A stretch of DNA of 44,896 nucleotides. Source: Eremomyces bilateralis CBS 781.70 (Eukaryota). The position numbers and the translations under genes were made by a program. How positions within the stretch are numbered: position 1 is the stretch's first letter; the number at the start of each line of letters is the position of its first letter. The stretch lies in NCBI GenBank assembly GCA_010015585.1, contig ML975161.1, one strand, 5' to 3'. The notes below the pieces were generated by a model. The model was not told the origin of the DNA and did no database searches. It saw only the letters and a program-made list of their open reading frames with translations. This document shows positions 35,601 to 44,896 of this stretch, piece by piece.

Positions 35601-38600
35601 AGTGGCTTATAGCTTTTCCGGCTCCACTGCCCAGCTCTGGGTGCAACCGACACTAGACCTAGTTCGAACGCTCAACATCCACATCGATGTCGGTCGGCAC
35701 TTTCACGAGCTGGACTCCTTTGGCCCCGACAGTTCCCTCGCGATTTCGAAATTCACAATGCCCCAGATTAATGCCCGACTCAGCATTGAACAACTCCACA
35801 ACCAGATCTTCCTGCGGGCGAACGTGATCAGTGAGAAACTGGTGCTGGATGCCTCGGCGTTGCATGGTGTGCTCCTGACCATCCAAAAGCCCGAAGTCTC
35901 GCGCACGATACAGGCAGCGCAAGAAGACGTGCGTGCCATCCAAGGGCACCTTGCAGCGTTGCGCCCTGCCCCTTCCGGTGCTCGGATGCGAACGGTCGAC
36001 CCGCTTGGGTTTGATTGTCAATTATGGTTGCAAGGTCTACTGATTAAAACAGTGGCCCCGAGCTCAGGCGACCTAGCTCCGGAGGCCCATTTGATGTTCG
36101 GTCTTGGTGCAGTGCTCCTCGATATCCGAGATGGGAAGCGTCTCCAAGCGCAGCCAGCCGCCTTTCCCGATCTCCATTTCCAGGTTCATAAAATATTCGC
36201 CGACCTCGTATTAAAGAAAGATGAACGGACCACCCCCGTGGGAAACGCGGTCCTGGCATGCGATATCCGCTCGACGCAACGAAACGGGTCTGAACAAGGC
36301 CGCATCTACCACCTTCGAAGCGATCGGGTCGATGTTAATATATCCGCAGAAACGGCGTCCACGGTGGCCGATGTCCTGAACCATCTTCAAGAACGTCTGC
36401 GAGATATTGACCTTTCTCGTGAAAAAGAGTACCTCCGACGATTCAGGCACCGAAAGATGGCCGATTCGTCGACGGCGCTTGACCAGGGCAACGGAGAAAC
36501 TCCGGCCGACCCGCTCTCATCTACTGGAATCTTCACGTCACCGTTCAACGTGCTCGTTCGCCACGTCCAAATTGCTTGGATTGTGCAGTCTGAGGCTAAG
36601 CGTGCTGCTCCTCAGGATGATGATTTGATATTGTCCATCCAGCTAATCGAGCTTTCGAGTCGCTCCCGTAGCGGGGCGAGGCTTGCAATCAACGACTTGC
36701 AGGTCCAGCTTGTCCCCCAATCTCAAGTGGATCGCACTCAGAGATCACGAAACTCGGCTCTTCTACCGGAAATGGTGTTCAACGTCTTCTATTCGTCCTC
36801 GGAACAGGACTGGCGGCTGAGTTTTCAAGCAGCCGGCAAGTCCCTCGATTTGCGTCTCGACTCAAAGTTCATACATCCTCTCAATACCGTGCAACAATCT
36901 ATAAAGCTCGCTATGCAGAGGTTCCGATCTGCCGCCGAGAATTGGACGGACAGTACTCCAACTGGTACTGTCCAAAGAACAAGTATCTTCAAGACAAAGA
37001 AACTTTCCAGCCTAGTTGTGGACGCCGACTTTTCCGGAGCGGTCGTGCATTTGACCGGAGGTGCTTCAACCTCCATTAAATCCCATGTCCCCGCGTTTCC
37101 TCCATCCACAGGCAACGGTCTCAATACAACCACAGTTTTGCGGTCGCCCGGCATGGCCTTGAAAGTGGAGTTCAAAGACGACAATGCGAGCTCTACTTTG
37201 GACGGAGAGTTGAAAATATCCGCGTCTTCCAACATTGTCTATCCAGCCCTAGTTCCGCTTGTGCGAGAAATCTCGGATACCGTCAAAGACATTGTATGGA
37301 ACAGCGAATCCAAGGATACGAACATGACCGGATCGAGGTTCCTCGAGGACGAAAACTTATTGAAGGCGGATCCGACAACGCTACTTGGGCGGACGAAACT
37401 CAATTTTGGCATCCGAATTTGCCAACAGGACTTCGCCTTGAACTGCCACCCGTTCGCCCGAGTGCTGGCGGTTGCTTCGTTCGATCAGATCTACGTTCTA
37501 ACAAGCAGCATCACATCTCCTGAGTACGGGGACTTCTTTTGCGTGACCGCCAAGGCGGAAAATCTCGAGGTTTCAGTGAGGCACCAGTATTCAAGAGATT
37601 CGACGTTCAAGTTCAATATTGAATCCGCGACTCTCTCGCTGATGAATAGTAAATATCTTAGCGGCGTGGCCGGCATTTCCGCCATCCTCAAGGTCAACCC
37701 GATTAAAACGCAGGTCAATGCACGACAATTGCAAGACTTTCTGATCTTCCGGGACATCTGGCTTCCCTCCGATTCTGCGAAGGCATCGACACCGAACGTT
37801 GACGAGGCGAACGAGCAAGTCGAGTATCTTGTTCAGCGCTATCAACAGGTCACCGCAGCTACAGCGTTTCCTTGGAACGCGACGGTAGCGATCGAAGCGA
37901 TTGCGGCAGATGTGGATCTCGGCCAGGGGATTGGCAAAAGCACGCTTTCTGTTGCCAACTTGTGGGCATCATCCCGAAAGCGATCCAACTGGCAGCAAGA
38001 ATTGTGCATCGCCTTCGAAACGGTGGCGGTGACTGGCAGTGGGAGGACGAGCGGGTTCGTGCGTCTCAACGACCTACGGCTTCAAACGTCGATCTCGTGG
38101 CCGTTGCAGGAAGGGCGAGTCCGACGGCAAACGCCGCTCATCCATGCCTCCCTCGGCTTTGACCGACTCCAAGCAAAAGCTGCGTTCGATTATCAGGTAT
38201 TTGCTATTGCAGATATCAGAGCGTTCGAGTTCATTATGTACAATACTCGGGACCCAAAACTCGGGGCGGCCGATCGGCTCATTGCGATTCTGGACGGAGC
38301 CGAAGTCTTTGCATTTTGCACATCCACCACCGCAGCGCAAGCCATCGCTTTTAGCCAGGCCGTAGAGCGTCTGGTGCAAGACAATCAGGCAGCATATGCG
38401 CAAACCGTCAAGGAGCTGGAGAGAAGCATTCAGCGCAGGAGGTCATCATCGGCACGACAGGCGCAAGCGTCTCTACAAGCGTCGCAAACCCCGAATCCGG
38501 AAAAATCACATGCCTTCATATCGCTTCATACGGACGTCGTTGTGACCCTACGGACCCTGTGTCTTGGCGTCTTCCCAGCCAATTTTTCGGACCCGCAATT

Positions 38601-39315
38601 GTTCTTGCTAGAGGCGTCGGATACACAGGCTCGTTTCGCCGTGCTGCTGGAGGATGACTCTCAAGTGCACAGCGGACTGGGCATGACTTTAGGCCATCTC
38701 AATGTCGCCCTAGGCGTGATTCCCCATCCAACCCCGCACACAAGTGCTGCAGAATTGACGGTGGAAGACGTCGTGGCGAGCGCGCGATCCGCTCGTGGCG
38801 GCACGATCCTTCGGGTTCCAAAGGTCGTGGCGAGCATGCAAACCTGGCACCAGCCCCAGTCGAACCTCGTTAATTACATCTTCAAAAGCTCTTTCGAAGG
38901 CAAAGTGGACGTAGGATGGAACTATTCGCGCATCGGGTTCATCCGGAACATGTGGGACAATCACTCAAAGACGCTTGCGTCCCGACTTGGAAAGCCTCTT
39001 CCGGAGGCTGTCGTAAAGATTACCACCGAGCCTGACGAAGGGGATGGCCAACCAACGTCCACTCGTGGTCCACAGGGCAAGATCACTGCGGTTGTAAACG
39101 TTCCGCAGTCTCGATTCACCTACACGGCGCTTGAACCCCCGGTAATAGAAACACCACAGCTACGAGATATGGGCGAGGCGACACCGCCTTTGGAATGGAT
39201 CGGGTTGCATAGGGACCGACTGCCCAACGTCACCCATCAAATCATCCTGGTGCCGCTCCTTGAGGTAGCAAAGGAGGTGGATGCCGCGTATAAGCGGATT
39301 TTAGGCTCATCATGA
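29684..39315 (+). CDS. CSF1: Csf1 (BLTP1/KIAA1109-like bridge lipid-transfer protein), ~3174 aa, 3 exons (29684-29739, 29791-29826, 29883-39315)
   Basis: N-terminal TM anchor NW|VFLVELLVCGIL|SIFFLFYFNRLFA followed by ISLLGGRVFFKN; YGPWSDRQR, LRIPMREPSKD; C-terminal PQLRDMGEATPPLEWIGL. 9.4-kb open exon; two short consensus introns upstream. Confidence 0.93.
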
Positions 39316-39957
39316 GATGGTTCTCCACAGGCTGGGAAGCAAAGCATGTAACAATTTACATCTGTACGATAATGACCAACGTAATATAGATCAAACGACT
39401 TTAGAGGAACACGGCTCATGCGGAAAGCATCACTCCTTTCCTGCTCCCTGTAGTGAGTTTTGGCTTGAGAGGAGAATTTCCATCAAAAGTGAGGAACCAA
39501 ACATTCCGGAATGCCGAACTCCATGGCAGGTGGCAATTGGTTTGGAGATCGTAGGTCCATTAACTTAACCGTAACTGTAGTATTGCCAGCCATTGGGAGA
39601 CTTCATCATGAATACGCAAACAGCAGAGTTGTCGTCAGTCATTGGAATTTATGCTGTATCCGAAAGAGTATATAACCAAAAAATTACCCTATGGCATGCT
39701 GATTCAATTCTATCATCTCACTCGCGTTCAAAGTGTGAGTGTCAGCCATATCACAAACACATTCAACTTCAAGCTGAGAATATCTCCATCCATCATAGTA
39801 TCATCCATCTGCTGAAAGGCTCCATAAACGTGTGACCTTCGGATGAATAGAAAAGATCCGCCCCTCGCAAGCATCCGAATAGGCAAGAGGTACCCACCCC
39901 AAATATCCCCTCATCTTAAGTGCAGGTGCTATTCGCCGGCGTGCATTTCGTCCAGAC

Positions 39958-40399
39958 TCAAACCTCAGCTTGATACCCGTAGCGAAAGCCAGGAGGACAC
40001 AGATCTTCGCATTGAAAAGTCGCGATCTGGTTCTGGGTCATGTTGTGGCAGGTGAGCACGTGCCTGCCTTGGTGGAGCACTTTCTGCGGCAGTCCGGGGG
40101 TTCCGTAGGGCACGGGGAGCAAGCAGTCGGCAAAGGTGATGCCTGAATAGCCTTCAATGGCGAGGGAGGGGGGAGGGCTGGAGTTGCAGAGGGACGTGTG
40201 GTACGACGGTGCGCCCTAGATAGCTCCGGTCTGGCAGACATTGCTGTCAGCGAACCACACGTCGTAGTTGCCACCTTTGGTGCTGGCAGATCCGCATGAG
40301 CGAGCGATGTTGCCGATGTAAAGGGATGGGAAAGCAAGGGCTATATCCGCGAGCATGGCGAAGAGGACAGAACAAAGAACAAAGAACAAGAGAACGTAT
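39958..40399 (-). pseudogene. Probable pseudogene of a small secreted cysteine-rich protein
   Basis: Frame from ATG 40356 to TGA 39958 (133 codons, 7 Cys) is broken only by TAG at 40216-40218. Removing one copy of a 7-nt tandem repeat upstream yields a signal peptide starting at ATA (40399). Confidence 0.6.
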
Positions 40400-41082
40400 G
40401 GTCGGAAGGAGGGCTGTTCTGTGAAATCTCAGGACTGAAGCGTAAGAAGGGTTGAGAACGTTTGCAGAGGAAGAGATAGCCCGCTGAATGGCAGGCGACG
40501 GATTATATCTGATCGCCTGGTGTCATGAATGTCCAGGAGACTCCTAGGCCAAGCCTCTGCTGAAAGGATTATATTCTTAGAACTGGTGTCGCACCCAAAA
40601 TACCATCAAATTCTCGGCATTTGTTAAGGTACATATTCTTCGTTTGAAATTTAGCCAATCATTCATGGATGATGGCGAATTCTTTAGCCGTGGCTGCGAG
40701 GCTGTCCACGAGAAACGACTCATGATTTCTGCCGGGCCAATACCGCAACAAGTTAGCCCAAAAGGAGACTTAGGAAATATAGGACTCTTCCGAACTACGG
40801 CCCAATATGCGCAACCCGAATAACGACTTTGTTGGGAGACGAAATGATGGCAAATACCTCACGAACGCGGCGGAACCGTGACTCGCGCTGCCATTCCCAG
40901 GGTGAACTGGAGATGGCTGGTTTTCTACGTCTTGTAGATGGGCTTTTTTTGACTGTTGATGGTACACGGTAGATGTATCGCAGTTGGGGATTTCATCGTG
41001 CATCCGACTCGCTGTGAAGATGTGGGTGTCTCACCTACAAAGCACTATACCGCAATGGCCGTCGCCTTGCTATGTTCAAACT

Positions 41083-42025
41083 TCAAACCTGCACTCGCCC
41101 AGGTTGTTTCCTAGAACGTCTCCTCTTAGAGCGGACCACCTTCCCCTGGTACATCAGCACGACCTCTCCTCCTATATCCGCAGCATCAGGTTTGTAGCGC
41201 ATGCCCACGTCAAGACCTTCCAGCCCTGCGGTGGATGCTCTCGCGTTCCACACTAGCTGTTGTATCGAACCATCTTCGGTGATCATGGCGAATGCGAGAG
41301 GTCGCGAGCTGCGTTGCAGAGCCTCCCGTACCCCCTTCGTCGTCGGACTCGTCGTCGCAAGTATCGCAATGGTATTGTCGCCTCTCCATCCTGCCGGGGC
41401 ACCGGCGAAAGCCCCTTCTATTTCCCGGATGTGTTCTGGCGATACCCATCGCGCCCGTCCGATCGGCTCGGATCGCGGCACCCCAGTTACGCTTGGGTCT
41501 GCGTCCGCAAGTTTCGCCTTTCCCTTCGGAGATTTCCAGCCGACGACCTTGCACTGCACAAGAATTTTGAGCGGTATTTCGGGCGGGAGAGTTGGAACTC
41601 GCCAATCTCCAACCAGATCGATTCCAGCGTCGTTGGAGCGACCCGTCCTCGTGAGGTGAAACCCGAGTCGGTTCAAGGCCTCTGAGCAGATATACTCATA
41701 TCGGGTTCCAACGAACGTAGACGATGTCTGGGAGAGATTCGTCTGCGAGGCGTGTGTGAGGAAGGATTCGAGGGTATCATGGTGTTGGGAGCCAGGCGCA
41801 AGCGAGGAGAGACGAGATGCGAACGGCAGAGTTGGGCGAGGGCGTTGTCCGTGGCGCCATGACAGATGCGTCGGAAGACTTGGGTAGATGTTCTTAGCAT
41901 CATTGTTTAGTAGGTTAACGGTCGATGGCATCCACATACTGTGTTCTGGTTGGCGATCTGGCTAGCCGTGATGTGGACGGTGCGATGGGATTCAATAAGC
42001 CAAGCCACCTAGTGGAAGGCTTCAT
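41083..42025 (-). CDS. RRG7: Required-for-respiratory-growth protein 7 (DUF2034, PD-(D/E)XK nuclease-like fold), mitochondrial, ~293 aa; probable exons 42025-41940 and 41878-41083
   Basis: FVGTRYEY, GRSNDAGIDLVGDW, ILVQCK, IREIEGA, QLVWN motifs. A putative intron 41939-41879 (GTATGT..GCTAAG..CAAG) adds an R/S/L-rich presequence MKPSTRWLGLL...; this 5' model is less certain than the family call. Confidence 0.82.
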
Positions 42026-42655
42026 GTTCATCACCACCAAGAGCTTCCTTTTCCAAATTCGTTTCAATCAGCCATCTTATCCACGGTCAGGAATATACCA
42101 CTAATAATACTAGTCGTGGCAGCTAGGACGGTGATAGAATGAAGATGTGCGGTCTTGGAGAATGCGATGCTCCTGATGCTCCAAGCTGTCATTTCATTGC
42201 CATTCAACCCATCACCCAATCCGTCCCTCGACTCCCCAAGTCAGACATTCGGACTTAAGGGATTACCCTCTTCAACTCTCGCCGATGAAGAGCCAAATCT
42301 GCAGTTGCAATCATATTATTAATGACTGTGTCACAGCATGTGTGCACGGTGCCGGGAGTCCTGTCACTGCACTAAGAATGTCGGTTCAGTTCTTCCGGTA
42401 TCCCGTTTGAGACGACCGGTGACGGCAACGAATGCCGAGTTCGGCTTGCGTCATTCCATAAATGGCTCACCGGTACTTGAGCAATGCCTAAGTACTCTCT
42501 AATACCATCCCCGTGTCTCGGTATTATTCTAGGATAGCCGTAGACGCAGTGCCTTGGTGAGAGGGAGCTGTTCCTATTCTTTCATCGTAAGATCCGATGT
42601 TAAGTACGAATACACTCTTCTTATCCGTCCAAAGGAGCCGATCTGGATTTGGACC

Positions 42656-44155
42656 ATGGCGAGATCTACCATCATATTTCTCTATCATGAACTCGGCCTC
42701 GCCTCGCTGAAGCAAACGGGGAGAGATGCCTGGCTCATCATCCTTGCACGGTGCTGCCGAATGTTCGCATATGGCACCAATGCCTTAATTCTCGCGCTTT
42801 TCCTGTCGTCCCTGAACTTCTCCGATTCCCGTATCGGTCTCTTCATGACTTTGACCCTCCTAGGCGATGTAGTGCTGGCAACCCTGCTGACGCTCGTGGC
42901 CGATGGCCTGGGTCGACGGCGCACCATGCTCGCCGGCTCCGTCATGATGATCCTATCCGGCATCGTCTTCGCCTTGAGCGAGAACTTCTGGTTGCTGCTT
43001 CTCGCCGCCGTTTTTGGCGTGATCAGTGTGGCCGGGGGGGATTTTGGGCCCTTTCGATCGATCGAAGAGTCGATTTTATCCCAGCTGACTTCATCCAAAA
43101 CCCGACCGGAGGTTCTTTCGTGGTACGTGACGATGGCCAGCTTCGGCTCCTCCATCGGGACCGAAGCAGCTGGACGGATTGTGGATGCTCTTCAAAAACA
43201 AAAGGACTGGACCATCGTCGACTCCTACCACGGTATCTTCTGGGTCTACTCGGCAATGGGGGCAGTCAACTTGGTTCTGGTCGCTCTCTTAAGTTCGAAC
43301 TGCGAGCTTATCGCTATAGCCACCCCTACGGAAGAGTCAGAGGTCCTGCTGGAAAGCGGCGAGCAAGACGCTAGGGAGGAACCTACGCCGAAGACTAGGA
43401 CTCGGTCGGGTTGGTTGAATCTGGCAGCCATAAGCAGTATTTCAAGCCGGACGTTATCCATCATACTCAAACTTTGGTTCTTGTTGGCCATAGACGCACT
43501 CGCCGACGGGATGACTCCAATATCGTTAACAACGTATTTTATGGATGCCAAGTTCGACGTGTCTAAGGCCACGTTGGGGGATATCACGTCCATTGGCTAT
43601 TTCTTAGCCGTTGCCTCAACCATCTTCGCTGGGCCTTTATCTCGTCGTATCGGCCTGATCAACACCATGGTCTTCACTCACCTTCCGTCCTCAGTCGCGG
43701 TTCTCCTCTTTCCCGTTCCAACGAACCTCACCATGACCGTCATCCTTCTGTTCGTCCGAATGGGACTGAACAACATGGACCAGGCGCCACGATCGGCATT
43801 CATCGCGGCGGTTGTGGCGCCGGAGGAACGAACCGCGGTTATCGGACTGACATCAACCATTCGGACGCTTGCATCTGCGGTCGGCCCAACCCTCACGGGC
43901 ATTCTAGCTGGACATTCCCGTTTCTGGATTGCTTTTGTCGTCGCTGGAGCTCTTCGTGTCGCCTACGACCTTGGACTCTTTGTGATGTTTGTTAATCTGA
44001 AACCAGAAAGGCCCAACACCACAGAGTTGGCGAATACCGAGAGATTCAGCGAGGATCCGTCTTCGGTGTCAGACGATGAGTCTGGAGACTCCTTTGCAGC
44101 CAACCGATCGAATGGGTCCACCGAGGAGTCTCGAGCCACAACGGCGGTAAAGTGA
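42656..44155 (+). CDS. Major facilitator superfamily transporter (~499 aa), substrate unknown
   Basis: About 12 hydrophobic segments; MFS motif A-like ADGLGRRRT and LSRRIGLINTMVFTHLPSS; MDQAPRSAFIAAVVAPEERT. First ATG in good context (ACCATGG) at 42656. Confidence 0.92.
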   Translation: MARSTIIFLYHELGLASLKQTGRDAWLIILARCCRMFAYGTNALILALFLSSLNFSDSRIGLFMTLTLLGDVVLATLLTLVADGLGRRRTMLAGSVMMILSGIVFALSENFWLLLLAAVFGVISVAGGDFGPFRSIEESILSQLTSSKTRPEVLSWYVTMASFGSSIGTEAAGRIVDALQKQKDWTIVDSYHGIFWVYSAMGAVNLVLVALLSSNCELIAIATPTEESEVLLESGEQDAREEPTPKTRTRSGWLNLAAISSISSRTLSIILKLWFLLAIDALADGMTPISLTTYFMDAKFDVSKATLGDITSIGYFLAVASTIFAGPLSRRIGLINTMVFTHLPSSVAVLLFPVPTNLTMTVILLFVRMGLNNMDQAPRSAFIAAVVAPEERTAVIGLTSTIRTLASAVGPTLTGILAGHSRFWIAFVVAGALRVAYDLGLFVMFVNLKPERPNTTELANTERFSEDPSSVSDDESGDSFAANRSNGSTEESRATTAVK

Positions 44156-44610
44156 ACTGATGGAACCTGCCGGCCATGTGGCTTACCTGGTGCGGGTTCA
44201 GAAACGTCGTAGCCAGGCGTCACTGACCAACGGAGTTTACACCACTTTTCAGGCACATTTTAATATTCCCGTTCAACTCATCCGAAGACGAGATTATGAA
44301 GGGACGTCCGGTCTTGATGAATGCTCCGATGGCAGCATTTTGCTGGAGTCATAAGGCTATATATATACTTCTGGGATGGACCTCAAACCATGTCTATCAT
44401 GGTCTCGGAAAAGCATAGAGCAGCAAATAAAACTTTAACGAGGTATACATTATTAGTACATGCGGGTCTCCGGAGTAGGCAGCATGTGATCTGCTTCGCT
44501 ACCTCACGCCCACACCGAGCACCAACTTGCCGCTAAGTAAAACGCTGAGATATTACTTTCGAATAAGGGGACTAGGGATTTTTTACAACACCAGCGGATG
44601 AGCCCAGCAT

Positions 44611-44750
44611 TAGGGCTGGACACGAATATTCGATTACGAATATTCGTACGAATATTCGTAGTCGAATACGAATAAAATTTAGAATTTCCGCTTACTAATA
44701 TTCGTACGAATAATATTCGCATTATTCGTAATTATTCGTAATTATTCGTA
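44611..44750. repeat. AT-rich palindromic/tandem ATTCGTA repeat tract, possible hAT/MITE transposon end
   Basis: Begins TAGGGCTGGA; 42-bp palindrome with one mismatch (44627-44668); 14-bp palindrome TATTCGTACGAATA (44699-44712); ATTATTCGTA x3 (44721-44750). Confidence 0.7.
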
Positions 44751-44896
44751 AATCTCTGAAGCTATTTCCATGTATCTCGCAGCATCATAAGACGCCTCAT
44801 AGTCTCTGCACTCATTGAGCTCCTCCGCACTCCTAAGAGATCTCTTCCCCCACTGAACAGTCTTTCGACTGATACCCCAGATGCTGGTATAGCCAA

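Noticed and set aside
41673..41903. Alternative-frame ORF MMLRTSTQVFRR resembling a mitochondrial presequence, suggesting an RRG7 frameshift
   Set aside because: An intron model (41939-41879) explains the RRG7 N-terminus without a frameshift.
44621..44750. CRISPR-like appearance of the short palindromic repeats
   Set aside because: Units are ~10 bp with no unique spacers, there are no cas genes, and the context is eukaryotic.

Overview
Eukaryotic genomic DNA from a filamentous ascomycete (Pezizomycotina), judged from short GT-AG introns with CTAAC/CTGAC-type branch points and the gene repertoire. I could build intron-aware models for 12 protein-coding loci: medA (Medusa) regulator, a conserved hypothetical nuclear-type protein, a frameshifted coiled-coil gene, an acyltransferase-3 membrane protein, DASH subunit ASK1, dual-targeted carnitine acetyltransferase (CAT2/acuJ), mitochondrial malate dehydrogenase, a Ser/Pro-rich protein, the TMEM184/Hfl1 homolog, the giant lipid-transfer protein CSF1, RRG7 (DUF2034) and an MFS transporter. 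There is also a probable pseudogene of a small secreted Cys-rich protein that the ORF track misses, and a palindrome-rich tract near the right end that resembles a hAT/MITE terminus. I saw no rRNA, tRNA or CRISPR array, and no clear multi-gene novel system. The best leads are histone-H3-tail-like repeats in the uncharacterised protein, the decayed secreted-protein gene, the hAT-like palindromic end, and several splicing or translation-control oddities. Family assignments come from motif recognition only; no database searches were run.
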